A stretch of DNA of 63,132 nt, filler included, from Octopus bimaculoides (lineage: Eukaryota): NCBI RefSeq assembly GCF_001194135.2. It is 7 parts of 6 records of this genome, joined end to end, with 100 filler letters (N's around TTAATTAATTAA, not from the genome) between each part and the next. Parts side by side here need not be neighbours in the genome. Positions count along the whole stretch, not along the records: positions 4,904 to 12,690 come from NC_069005.1; positions 12,791 to 23,099 come from NC_068982.1; positions 23,200 to 51,362 come from NC_068994.1; 4 more parts are not named here. The stretch is one strand, 5' to 3'. Made by a program: the position numbers and the translations under genes. Every line of letters starts with the position of its first letter. Positions within the stretch are counted from its first letter, which is position 1. Positions 11,951 through 25,065 of this stretch are shown piece after piece. The notes under the pieces were generated by a model that was given only the letters and a program-made list of their open reading frames with translations, did not search any database and was not told the DNA's origin.

Positions 11951-12439
11951 CGTTGGATTCTGGATTACTCGTCGGCAAGTGAAACCCTCGCTGGCTTATG
12001 GTTGCCAAGCTGTCTCGTGGTTCCGTCATTGGCCCGTTGGCACCAATGACGCAAGTGATAAGAAGGTGTCCAACATAGATAGCACGAGTAATTTTTATTC
12101 GACGCACCGATTTATCGGCATTTTTCTTGCCGCCGTGTTTATCTTTCGTACACACACATGCACACACGCACACAGACACAGACACACATACACACACACA
12201 CAGTTACATATATTTTTATTAGGGGTATGTTCGTTAAAAATGGGGGTAGCAGACAGTAATGGAGACCCCAGAAAGATAGGGAAAGGGGATAAGGGTGAGG
12301 GAGATGTTGGAATAGACTTTGTGACGTGGCAGGGACCGACAGAACATCTGTTGATTGTAAATATCAGTTTGCAGAGGGAGTAAATGAAGTGTAAGGTTGG
12401 TAAGGGTGGGTAGGGTAAAGAGAGAATGAGGATGGGGTA

Positions 12440-12690
12440 GGTGGAGGAGCAAGCGAAGGAGGTAGAAAAGAGAAGAGGAGTAAGAGGAAAGAAGAGAAGG
12501 AGGAGTAAGAGGAGGAAAAAGATAAGAGGAGGAAGAAGAAAAATAGAAGAAAGAAGAGGGAGAAGAGAAGCGGGAGAGGAGAAGGTACAGAAGAGACAGG
12601 TAGAGGAGGAGGAGGAGGATGGGAGGAGGAGGATGGGAGGAGGAGGATGGGAGGAGGAGGAGGTAGAGAAGAGACAGGTAGAGGAGGAGG
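12440..12690. repeat. Polypurine (GAG/GGA/AGA) low-complexity tract
   Basis: Direct reading. Confidence 0.85.
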
Positions 12691-14050
12691 NNNNNNNNNN
12701 NNNNNNNNNNNNNNNNNNNNNNNNNNNNNNNNNNTTAATTAATTAANNNNNNNNNNNNNNNNNNNNNNNNNNNNNNNNNNNNNNNNNNNNGTCTTTTTTC
12801 ACTGTTTGTGACTTTTCTAATTCAACTGTGGAATGTCCCTCGCTATGGTTATTTTCCAGGAGGTTCTGGCCACAAGTCTTACAGTTCATCAACCCGCGTT
12901 GTTGAATTACTTTCTTCTGACATACCTTCCCTTGGTGGATTAGGATCCAGTTAGCTCAAGACATCATCAGGAGGAACCAAATTTAAACAGTTTAAATTGT
13001 GTTCAGTATGATTTAAATTCTTTGTGGAAACTTCCATCAAAGTTGAGGAAATTGAACAAAAAGCTATCGACCTTATTTCCGGCACCTCAAAGGAAATAGG
13101 TGATAACTGGTTATATGTATGAATGTGAGTATGCGTGTACATATTCTACTATGTTTAGTGTATTTCAATCTATATAGCTTTATTTTCGTATGTCTATTCA
13201 TAAATATCTACAAATGCATCATCGATCCGGTGATTCATACATAATTATTTGCAGAGACATAGTAATTGGCAATTGTATCAATATGTGTAAGCGGCTGTAT
13301 ATGTGTTTTTTCTTCATTCGAGGACAAAAATCATACGTATACACTTATATGGCGTCTATGTATATGAATACATTAGCTGAGAAATTATTTTACGTTGTTT
13401 ATATTTAGATGCATATAAAGCACTTAAGCAAGGATGATTGTGGAATGATCGATAGTCTTTTCTTTATGAACTAGCCTAGTAAATTGGCATCTATCAATAG
13501 GATAATAAAATTGGCACTTGAAAACTTAATATTTGAACGACGCACTAATTCATTCGTTTGAAGTCAAGTTTATTGTATTGAATTTCCAGACATTGCATTC
13601 CTTTTCTTCATAAGATATGGTTTTGCTCTATGCTATTACATAGAATCAACTAGAACGTACAAATAAATGGTCTACAGTGTGATCAGCTGCTAAATATTGG
13701 TTATTGATTCCAGCAACTCAAATGCGTTTCTAATATGCCCGCACAGATGAAACAACAACAAAACTATTTATAGAATTATTTCTAGCAAATAGAAATTACC
13801 TTAAAATAAAATATTTCTTGTAACACTTGTCTAGATTTTTCAGTGCATTAACTTTTAATATTTTGTTTATTCCTATATCATTTAAAGTGTTGGTAGTTTT
13901 TGAAGGGTGGAGGTTGGGTCGTAAATACACACTTTTACATAAAAATTTTTATATCTCATATCGATGAAAGTTTCTACATGTATAACCAAACATAATAAGC
14001 GACAAACGCAAGCACAAACCACATATACATATACATACATACACACACAC

Positions 14051-14107
<57 letters not shown>

Positions 14108-14744
14108 TATGCTTAAAATGTATGCGCACACATATTACGTAGTAGTGTATGCATATAACTTCAATAGACAAGTTACTCTCAATGCACTTTAGAGCTGTGT
14201 ATGGATTTTATTGGAGATTTAGTAATACCGTCGGTTTGAACCTGCATGATAAGAGACGTCTAGTTTCGAAAGGTCATATTGCCCACGCGGATACACACAT
14301 ACAGACGCATGCAAAATACCCATCATACACACACATATGCACGCTTATTACACTGCAGTTCTTCAGCTTCAAGCGTGTTTGTTGAGCACAAGACGATTAA
14401 TCGTTTTACTACGAGAACGTAAGCGGTTAAAGGAGAAGTTTGGACTTCATGAATCATATATGAACCCAACAGTATCTCCCAGCCGAATTTAAAGATAGAA
14501 CTCGCAGGTAGATAGAAAATTTGACATCACTTTCCCGGTTTCTATTTTTATCTTATTATATTGCCGAAAACACATTAAATTTACTTATTGCATGGATTAT
14601 CTCAGTTAATTCATTTATTATAACTCGATGCTACTCATGCTATACAATAACATATATATTAAGTGTGCAAAACATCTACTGCTAACATTTAACTCATCCA
14701 TATTGTTGTATTTATAGATGCATGCGTACGTTCACAATGTATCT

Positions 14745-15158
14745 TTTTCTCTTTCACTTGCTTCAGTATTTTGAATGCGCCCATACTGGAGCACCGCCTT
14801 TAGTCGAACAAATCGACCCCAAGACTTATTCTTTGTAAGTCTAGTACTTATTCCATTGGTCTGTTTTTGCCGAGCCGCTACGTTATGGGGACGTAAACAC
14901 ACCAGCATCGGTTGTCAAACGATGTTGAGTGTGGGGGGGAAACACAGATACACAAGCATATACACACACATACACATAAAAATATATACATATATACATA
15001 TATGCGACGGGCTTCGTTCAGTTTCCGTCTACCAAATCCACTCAAAAGACTTTGGTCGGCCCGAGGTTAAAGTAGAAAGGACTTGCCCAAGGTGCCATGC
15101 AGTGGGACTGAACCCGGAACCATGTGGTTGGTAATTAAGCTACTTAGCACACAGCCGT
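14745..15158 (-). mobile_element. Near full-length SINE family A
   Basis: tRNA-like head at the right end, CORE-like segment, internal CA/TA tract and conserved 3' body (cgtaaacacaccagc...gtcgaacaaatcgacccc). Confidence 0.85.
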
Positions 15159-15179
15159 GTGTGTATGTACTTAACAAAG

Positions 15180-15600
15180 TACAACGAACTCTTCACAACG
15201 TGTAAACACAAATTCTGCCACACTTTTCAATTCTTCCATAAATCAAAATGTAAATTCACACCCCACGAATAACATTCACATAGAAACCTCCATGATCATC
15301 AGCACATACTCCTGTGTATCTCTTCTATCAACCTTACCTCATCACTTTGTAATTATTCAATTTACTTTAAGACCTTAAACTAATAAATCCCTTAATATAT
15401 AATTCTAACCCTTGTTCCCAGATAAATTAACATTCAAATGGTTTCTCCATTCACGGCTACCTACCCACCCATACCTCATTGCGAAACATATTTCTATAGC
15501 CATTGACCTTAGCCATAAAGCGGACAAAAGCACTTAGTACTAGATTTCCTCCCCAACCCCTACAGTCTAGATGAATACCACTGGCACTCACTAATGTCTT
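15180..15600 (+). mobile_element. Highly decayed PLE GIY-YIG C-terminal remnant
   Basis: Scattered frames NSATLFNS and LKLINP...NPCSQ resemble the C-terminal NSTxLS...LxNxxxExxxxCxH pattern of the PLE relics at 30970 and 40104. Confidence 0.35.
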
Positions 15601-15728
15601 TGAATGCCTTCCATTTTACCTTATTTTGTTTTTATGTTATTGTCCTATATTTAAGAGATTAGGTATTATGTACATTGTTTACATTATTTACGTTCGACGG
15701 ATATTTGTCTTCCTCTTGTTTCTTGTTA

Positions 15729-15772
15729 ACACAACGTTTCGGCTGATATACCCTCCAGCATTTTTCAGGTGT
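15729..15772 (-). ncRNA. Degenerate minimal type I hammerhead motif (core mutated)
   Basis: Minus strand ACAC-CTGAAAA-ATGCTG...CAGCC-GAAA-CGTT-GTGT: stem I ACAC/GTGT, stem II GCTG/CAGC, ACGT palindromic stem III, G8 lost. Confidence 0.45.
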
Positions 15773-15819
15773 GTTGGGGAAATTTCAAGCCTGGGTTCTC
15801 ATTCCTAAGTTATTTTTTC

Positions 15820-15842
15820 GATGTTGTTGTTATTATTATCAC

Positions 15843-15873
<31 letters not shown>

Positions 15874-16008
15874 TTTATTATCATTGTTATTATTATTATT
15901 ATCATTATTGTTGTTGTTGGTGTTGTTATCGTTCAGGTCACTGCTCGGAATCGAACTCGGAATCTTTGGACTAGTAGACCGCGCTCTTAACCACTACGCC
16001 ATATGGGC
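15820..16008 (-). mobile_element. Short tRNA-head SINE (family D) with (AAT)n tail
   Basis: Minus strand GCCCATATGGCGTAGTGGTTAAGAGCGC...GAGTTCGATTCC (A/B boxes), then gtgacctgaac and an (AAT)n tail. Second copy at 52352-52456. Confidence 0.75.
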
Positions 16009-19000
16009 ATATAGGCGTATATATCAATGAGTATCAGGACTTAGTGTATTTTGATTTGGCAAAAATACATCCTCACCAGTATATGTTGAACTTGTGTCAA
16101 ATAAGGATGCACATGTCTAAATATATGGGCTTCACAAACATAATCTTAGCATAGCTAACAATTAAGACTACAGATGTATGGTCGATATACAGCTTGCCTA
16201 CATCAAAAACTGGATCATTCGCCAAATATATTGTCTTTAAGGAATACAACTATTTCTTTTCGCAAATTCGAGCTGGCACCATCCACCAATTGCTCTGCAT
16301 TGTGACAATGTATCTGTTTTATATACCATGTGTGGAGTATTCCTCTAGTCTTCATTTAGTAAGATATTTTACGTAAACGAAACGCAATCTTTAAAATGAT
16401 GCTTAACACATAAACATCATTACATGTTTTCTTTCTATACTTTTAGATTTTTCACGAAATCATTATAAACGTTAAATGCTAGAAATATGGATTTCATCTT
16501 CCTGTAATAGGGTATTATAGAAACGCAGAGGAAATAACAGAAACTTATATGAAAGTTTAATTTAACACATATACATTATACTCATCATCATATGGGATAA
16601 ATTACACGTAGTTATCAACAGGCCATAAACTGCATCACTTGTGCTGTTAATTGTTGAATGGTACTCACTGCTAAATCTAAACCTTTATCGCAAAGTAAAT
16701 ATAATTACTTCATATTCGGTAGCTAGAGTAACGAGTGACGCCGCACAAGAAATCTTAAACATCATTTTATCCCGAGGTATTAATATGAATCCAAATCAAG
16801 CTTTAAGTCGGTAACGATGGTTGTTTTAAGTAGGTCTAGCCTCCCTCCATTTACTTCCATCATCTTGTATACCACATAAATATTTAATGACAATCTGTTA
16901 AAGTGCAAGCATAAGCATGTGAAGAAATACAACAAAAGATATTGGATTGCTTTATTGATTACACCTTTATAGCTGAAACCATTTCGTTTATTATTTCATG
17001 TCCATTCATACATACGAATATATTCTTGGAAATCAATCAAATTCTTTCCATTTTGTTTTTCTATGTTCGACGCTTCAGTGTGTAAAGTTGTATTGCGATC
17101 CATAAAATCTTAATTGCACAATAATGTGTTTGCGACACCATCCTTTGAGGTCATATGACTGTCATATATATATATATATATATATATAGGAATAAATATT
17201 TCCTACACGTGAAATTCTAGAATGGTACGCTTCTACTCAATCCTCGGCAACATATTCAAAACAACTTATTATTGCTTGTATCGCAATTGTTGATGATTAA
17301 CCCAAAGTCTATACTAGCATACGTGAGAAGCTTTTCATCTCAGGCAGTTTACGTCATTAAAACGTTTTGTTCAAAATTAGTAAAACAGTTAACATAATGC
17401 AGTATGTTTATTTATATGACCAATTGGCGGCGTGTTTGCCAAAATCATACGATTTTTACTTCGTGTATTCTGATTTTCCTTTCACCAATATAAGACTTAA
17501 TTTTTTTTTAGAAAACTATTGCTGTACTTCAAGTTAATTTGAAAAGCGAATTTGCTGCAGTGCTAATGTCCTGCGTTATTGAAAATTTATTACAATTTCA
17601 TTCATCATTAATCTTTCCCAAATTCTTCTAGCTTAACTATAATCTATCGTGTTTTTCAATGAAAGCTATGTAGATATAGTAAATTTTAACTGGAAAGCCA
17701 TTTAACATAGTATTTCATGTCTTAAGTAAGACATAAATTCTTACTGTACAGTTTAGTGCATAAAATTAAGTGGGCATATCATAATACCCTATACTAATAT
17801 ACTTATCCAACCTATTATATGCATGCGTATTATAGCAGAAGTTTATCTCTAAATGAGGATAGAACTTACAAAATTGTCCAAACATATATACTGTGATATT
17901 GCTATCACACGCACACACATGCCTACATAGACTCACGAATACACATACGCACAAAAACACAGAAACAATATCACACACACACAAACGAGATAATAGTTAA
18001 TAATGTTTTATGTCTCCTAACATATGAAATACTACACTTTGATATGGCAAATGTATTTACTTGGCTAGGAAATCATTAATTTAAGTAGAGAAAGGGAATA
18101 GTGGAGTCAATTAGTAACATTAAATGAGTGTTTCTCTGTATTATCAATACCGAAGGGATAAATGGAAATATTGACGTCGGTACAATTCGGAATATAACCT
18201 ATTGGGAAGAAACTAAATTTTGCAAATGATTTAGTTCCGCTAATTCCAGAGTTTTCTATTCACGATATATGCTATTGACTTCACATGTTTGCGAGTTGAG
18301 GATTACTTTAATCGACGCAGTGCATAGATGTTACTCAGCTTAACACGAATTGCAAGATAAAACACTTTATTTATACGAACCCATTTCAATATATAATGGC
18401 CAATCAAACAACAGATTCTCATAATAAATTTATGGTAATGTATCACAAATATGTAAGTATATGACATTTAATGACAAAGAGACCACAAACATTGTTTTGT
18501 TTATTTTAATGCAGACTATAAAACAAGATCTAAAAACAAACAATTTCAGATCAGCATGTTAATTAGTGGACCTAAAACCCATAACTTAAAAGCAATACCT
18601 ACTATTTAATTTCTAAATGTTTAATTAAAAATAGTATGTTTTTCAAACAATACATCGCGATGAAAAATTGACGTATAGCAAATCTATTTTAAACTAGAAT
18701 GCTTAAAAAAATAGAATCAATTCACATAATGGATTTAGTGCAGCAACGCTATTTTCTATTCTAATAAAAGAAATTTGAAAAACTCAAAAAAACAAGTCAG
18801 AGCTTACATATTTGTGCAATCATTCCTAGCTAAAAACAAAAGATTATAACAAATATGTGACAAACCAAACTATTAAAAGCAGAATTAGGTTACTTAATAA
18901 ATAATGACCTAGAGTACCCTCAAAGCTTAAAATAACAATTGAAAAATAAGCAGAGCGGCACATATTTTAACAGCATTTATTGATTAGAGTGCCATATTTA

Positions 19001-21264
19001 TACTAATAAAATTAGAATCAGGCTGTTAAAGAACAGAAACAATTCACATTATAAATTTAGTGCAATGTAGCAAAATTTACGATTATAATAATTAAAAAAT
19101 ACGCCACCCTCAATTTACGCCGTATTTTCCATAAAGCAAGCATTGAAATATTTCTGAATTTTACTAAAAGTATTTATTTTTCACATTTGTGTAGCTGATG
19201 AAATAGAGGCACAGTCAAAGACAGAAATCATCTGACGCAAATATAATTCATAACAGCCCATTATCATTATAAAATTGATAATTTTCCTAATTAGCCAGAC
19301 CGATTAACAAACACAATCAGTCAGTTGAGAAAAATAAGATGAGTAAAATAAATTAAAAAAAAAGAAGTGAAAGAGCATCAATAAAAGAAAACAGGCAACC
19401 AGACAGTATGAGTAGAAGTAACAGAAAGTTTGTTCTATAAATAGAAAGTGCTTCTACTTTAATTTTAAAACACACAAAAATTATCTTTTTTGGTAACGGC
19501 GTTCATTGGACAGAAGAGAAAATTAATAGACGTAATTTCAGTCTTGATATTCCGTTCTGCTTTTTTTCTTTGTTTTATTTTTTCATAAAATGTTCAGGTC
19601 TTTAGAGGAAAGGATGGAGAAAACACAAATTGAACAAAACCTATTTAAAGAACCATACGTACATACATACATACATATACACATACATACATACATACAT
19701 ACATACATACTATACATAATACATACATACATACACACATACAGACATACATGCCTACAGTTATACACACATGGGTACATATAAACATGCAAGCATACAA
19801 ATATGCATAATTGCACNNNNNNNNNNNNNNNNNNNNNNNNNNNNNNNNNNNNNNNNNNNNNNNNNNNNNNNNNNNNNNNNNNNNNNNNNNNNNNNNNNNN
19901 NNNNNNNNNNNNNNNNNNNNNNNNNNNNNNNNNNNNNNNNNNNNNNNNNNNNNNNNNNNNNNNNNNNNNNNNNNNNNNNNNNNNNNNNNNNNNNNNNNNN
20001 NNNNNNNNNNNNNNNNNNNNNNNNNNNNNNNNNNNNNNNNNNNNNNNNNNNNNNNNNNNNNNNNNNNNNNNNNNNNNNNNNNNNNNNNNNNNNNNNNNNN
20101 NNNNNNNNNNNNNNNNNNNNNNNNNNNNNNNNNNNNNNNNNNNNNNNNNNNNNNNNNNNNNNNNNNNNNNNNNNNNNNNNNNNNNNNNNNNNNNNNNNNN
20201 NNNNNNNNNNNNNNNNNNNNNNNNNNNNNNNNNNNNNNNNNNNNNNNNNNNNNNNNNNNNNNNNNNNNNNNNNNNNNNNNNNATATATATATATATATAT
20301 ATATCGTTTACTGCTTTGAGTACATATACTTAAGCGTGTGTGTTCGTGCGCGCACGCGTGTGTAACAGCAATACTGATTATTATATCGAATTATGGAACT
20401 AATCACCAATTTTGATGGGAGAGAGCATGTTGATCAAATTTACCTCCGTAGTTGACTGGTATTTCATATGTTCAAATCGGAAATGAGGATAATTAAAGCC
20501 AATGTCTGCAGCTTTGAGCTCCGAAGTTAAATAGTCGTGAAAATGCTGCTAAGTTATTAATGTAATGCGCTAATTTCTCGTAGTAATCTGTTTTTAACAA
20601 ATTTTTGCTTTCAAAATTGAGGTTCAAAAGCAGCAGTTTAGATGAATGGAGTTCACATGTACACTGAACTCAGTGCTTAGCTAGATCGCATTTTATCAAC
20701 TCCACGTTGAAACAAAGTCGACGTCAGAAATAAGAAAGTAATGGGTAAGAAGAAATGTCGCAGAAAATTTAGTCAGCCTTGCTAAAGTTTCTATGCAATC
20801 GCTACTTTCTTAACAATAATAATAATTTCTACTTGAAACATATGATTTGAAATTTCTGGGAGAGGGCTTAGCCGAACATCACCTGACGTATTCAGGTGGT
20901 ACTCATATTCTCGACCACGGAAGGATTGAATACAAAGTCGACTACAATTACATTGGAACTCGGAAAATAATGGATCAGATGCAATGTACCGATGAATTTT
21001 GCTCGGTGAAATAAAACTCGTCCGAGCTCTCAACGTTACACCTGCAGGATCATGTGCTGTTCATTTTGGGACAAGCTCAACATATTGCACTCATCTGGTT
21101 GCCATGCATGTGCCTAGTGCACGCTTCTCAAACGGGTAATCATGAAGAGTGTATTAGTTATCATATATTTGTAATCTAGTGCCAGTTTGATGGCATGCGC
21201 TCCTCTCGCATTCAATAATATGAACGTGATATGCTAGAATGCAAGCAATGTAAATTGAGCTACA

Positions 21265-21905
21265 ATTAATAATTATAAGATGTTGGAATTTGACATTCAG
21301 ACTGACAGAGCAATAAAAGCTAGAAGGCCTGATTTAGTAGTAGCTTACAACGAGTATAGGTAATTAACATTACATCCGAAGTGATGAGAAATTCAATATG
21401 AGAGGTATACAGGAAGTACTAGGCCCTAGCCACTGAGTTACAGACGTTAGGGAAAGTGGGACCAACATATGTCCCTGTATCTCCAAGTGCATTTCGAGGT
21501 GTTCCTAAAGAGTTGGAAGGATATAGGTAAAATCATAACACGTAGGATTGTGTAGCTCCCGAAAACATTATTATTAGGGAAAATAAGGGTACATACGAAG
21601 GTTGTTGTCATCTAAGTAACGTGTTGTTGCACAGTGCTAAGATATAGTTTTTAGAAATTTAATCTGTTGTGCGTAGGACGTGTCAATTAAAGGTCAAAAC
21701 CATCCCTATTGCTGTAGGTGCCTTTGAAATGATCAAGAAAAGTAGTGACAATTTTTGGAGCCTGATCCCTGAGAAATCAACAATCTATGAGACTCAAAAA
21801 ATTGTATGGGGATCAACGGCCCACATTCTCAAGAAGTTCCTCCCCATCAAATATATACGCCCTTCAGGTCTCATGTTCACAACCGGCCAGAAGATCCAAT
21901 TAAAT
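21265..21905 (+). mobile_element. R4/Dong-like LINE fragments (restriction-like endonuclease domain)
   Basis: NYKMLEFDIQTDRAIKARRPDLVV (21272-21345) and VKTIPIAVGAFEMIKK...ETQKIVWGSTAHILKKFL (21695-21842); ends at an (AAT)n tract. Confidence 0.7.
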
Positions 21906-21917
21906 GCAAGTCAATCG

Positions 21918-21918
21918 G

Positions 21919-21986
<68 letters not shown>

Positions 21987-22005
21987 TAACAATAATAACA
22001 AGTTC
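21918..22005. repeat. (AAT)n microsatellite
   Basis: Direct reading. Confidence 0.95.
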
Positions 22006-23357
22006 TTCCGTAGGCACAAGACGTATTGTACGTGAGTCCATAAAATCCAAATTGAGTTGTATAGAATTTGTCGATCCCAAAATTATGTATGTAAAAGTCG
22101 ACTTTAGTGTCAATTAGAATCAGAACGTAAATGCGAACGAAACTCCGGCAAGCACGTCACAGATGCGGAAAACGCAATTATCCACACACATGCATGCACT
22201 AATGAACAGGCACCCACACCCCACACGCGTACACGCAAACATACACACACATACGTACACATTCACACACATACGCACACATTCGCACACATGCATGTGT
22301 GTATATATATATATATATACAAACAATATATGAGTATATGCATATATATGTACATGTATGTACATAACTTCATCTACACGTACATATAGATACATAACTG
22401 GGTACATGACGTGGCAAAAGAACATGGACAAAATGATAAACAAGGTACAACAAACAAGCAAGCTACATAGAAACATCTCCTTCATCAACTGCCACCATTA
22501 AAACACCGGCGTTTCGAAGAAATAAGGCAGTACGCATCGTTGAAATGGTTCTTCCCACGAACACAAATTAAATTATTTTCGTGGAGGATAGTGGCGGACG
22601 GAAAACAAGACAGGAGAACGAAACGGTGAATAAACAAACAAGCAACAAGGCTCTACAGCCAGACGTGAAGTGTGTATGTCTCAAACGCTGTGAGGCACGA
22701 ACAGGAGGGGCAAAGAAGTCCGTGAGAGCTTCGGGAGTCCAAGAACGAAAAGAAATAGCAGCCGGACACACGTGAACAAGGCTGTGTAAAGAGAAAGATT
22801 AGCAGAGGGAAAAGAAGGGGAGGAAGTAGAATAAAAGTGAGCAACGAGAGGTAGAGAGAGAGAGATATAGTAGTAGTAACGGTGAGAGGCGAAGGACGAG
22901 TATCAAGAGATAGAGAGAGAGAGATAGTAGTGACAGGTAGAGGCGAAGAACAGTAGAGGGAAGAATGAGAGGGGGAGATAGATATAGAGATACAGAGAGT
23001 CGCGTTAGAAAAATAGTTAAAACTTACTGTATAAAGGTTAACGCGTGCGTTCTGTCGTGATGCAAACAATATATGAGTATATGCATATATATGTACATGN
23101 NNNNNNNNNNNNNNNNNNNNNNNNNNNNNNNNNNNNNNNNNNNTTAATTAATTAANNNNNNNNNNNNNNNNNNNNNNNNNNNNNNNNNNNNNNNNNNNNC
23201 GATCACCGTTTGTTATCTCCCCCTTTTCTTAGCTCTCCTGAAAAAAGAATTTCTAACTTCCGGTCAGTCATTGTTATGATCAGCCATTATTATGATTGAC
23301 CGTTGACTGGACACTATTCAATTTTTTTTCTCCGTGTTTTTCTCCTTGTCTCCGTAT

Positions 23358-23394
23358 TCTTTCTGTTGAAGAGCGTAGCTCGAAACGTCAAAGA
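23358..23394 (+). ncRNA. Minimal type I hammerhead-like motif with CUGUUGA core variant
   Basis: TCTTT-CTGTTGA-A-GAGC-GTA-GCTC-GAAA-CGTC-AAAGA: perfect stems I and II, ACGT stem III, GUC cleavage triplet. Confidence 0.6.
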
Positions 23395-24003
23395 CTTTCC
23401 GTATTCCCGAGCGTCATACTAATACATCCTTTTGTTATTTACACCACCTGTCCTCGTCTGTTGTTGTTTTTTCGTATATTCTCCCATATATATATATATA
23501 TATATATATAAGAAGTAAAAGTCATTAATAAATTCAGTGTTAAATGAATTTGCTTAACTATATCAAACAATCTTTAAATGCTGATTGCATCATACATTAC
23601 CGACGATCGTTTCACTTGTGCCAGCGTATTTAGATACAGATAAGGGTATAAAATACCAAATCAAATTAATATATCTAAATATATGTGCTAACATAAAGCT
23701 ATCAACGCAATCCAAACTAGATTAAATTCAAACTGAACTGAGAAAATATCTCTAATAGACCAACGCATACAAACAATGTTAAGAAGAAATATATTTTAAG
23801 AAAAGCCAGTTTTCTATTCAACTTTTTATGACGTCAGCATATAACGAAAGAATAGAAAATAAACGTAGGAATTCTATGTTTCGACAATTAGAAACAGAAA
23901 TTCGACATCCCGACAATCAGTTATCTCTCTATTAAATATGCTAAAAAAAGTTTGAAAAATTATGCGGTAAGAAGCAGCCAAAACATACCTTTCATGTCTA
24001 AAA

Positions 24004-24130
24004 CAGTGGTTCTCAACCGGGGTCCAAATGGCCCTTGGGGTCCACATAAGATTTTACTGTTAAAATTTATGTGAAATAAATTGGTTATATTTCAACAATA
24101 CACAATATATTTTAGCAATTGTTTTATACA
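24004..24130 (+). mobile_element. Single terminus of a hAT-type MITE
   Basis: Starts CAGTGGTTCTCAACC, a typical hAT/Charlie-like TIR; partner TIR not found. Confidence 0.5.
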
Positions 24131-24134
24131 ATAT

Positions 24135-24525
24135 AGGCGCAGACATGTCTGTGTGGTAAGAAACTTGCTTCCCAACCACATGGTTCCACGTTCAGTACCA
24201 CTACCTGTGACACCTTGGGCAAATGTCTTCTACTATATTCTCGGACCGACCAAAACCTTGTAAGTGGATTTGATAGACGGGAACTGAAAGAAGCCCGTCA
24301 TATATGTATATGTATGTATATATCTGTTTGTCTGTGTCCCTGTTTCTCCCCTCACCCACTTGAAAACCGGTGTTGGTGTGTTTACGTTCCCGTAATTTAG
24401 CAGTCTGGCAAAAGAGAACGCTACAATAAATTCTAGGCTGAAAGAAAATGACGATTCATTCGACTAAAAATTCTTCAAGGTGGTGTCCCAGCAAGGCCGC
24501 AGTCTCACGACTGAAACAAGTAATG
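24135..24525 (+). mobile_element. Near full-length SINE family A
   Basis: Collinear with the 14745-15158 and 47245-47620 copies. Confidence 0.85.
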
Positions 24526-24849
24526 GGAAAACCGATATTAGATTATATGAAGGGCAATAAAATAATTAAATGTGTTGGCATATATTTCCGGATACATTAA
24601 TTTGACTTTTTTGTGTATTAAAATATGCTGGCACAATAGAAACGATCGTCGGTAATGTATGATGTAATCACCATTTAAAGATGCGATTTTCACCAAACGT
24701 ATTCTTAGTACGTTATTTTTTCAACCTCCGAAAGATGAAAAGTGAAGCTGGCTTCTGCAGAATTTATACTCAGGATGTTAAACCGGAAGAAATACCACAA
24801 TACATTTTCACTGATGCTCTAACGATTCTGCCAATCCATCGCCCTTATT

Positions 24850-25065
24850 ATATATTGTGAAAGAATGGATATTGTTGGAATTGTGAAATAAACACAAAAC
24901 AAGGTACCGACATGCGCGATGAAAGGTATCAGAGAATTGACTATACTCTGAGATATACCTAAGTATACAGATAGAGAAATTAAGGAAAATAGAACTGATA
25001 TAATTATCAAAGATCAACAGGAATAGAAACCCCTGCTGATGGTGTGTGTCAACTCAAGCACCCAC
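24850..25065 (+). mobile_element. R4/Dong-like LINE endonuclease fragment
   Basis: Frame DREIKENRTDIIIKDQQE*KPLLMVCV matches the (N/R)RPDIV motif of REL endonucleases. Confidence 0.55.

Noticed and set aside
12791-13110. Possible coding exon next to a join
   Set aside because: Every frame has stops within ~60 codons, the splice sites are unconvincing, and I recognise no protein.
16200-16340. SNWW motif on the minus strand resembling NUP85 SNWWFVAHL
   Set aside because: Flanking residues do not match (QSNWWMVPARIC), the frame stops quickly and splice sites are not appropriate.
23063-23099. Repeat of 22319-22358 beside a gap
   Set aside because: A near-exact short duplicate at a contig end, most likely an assembly artefact.
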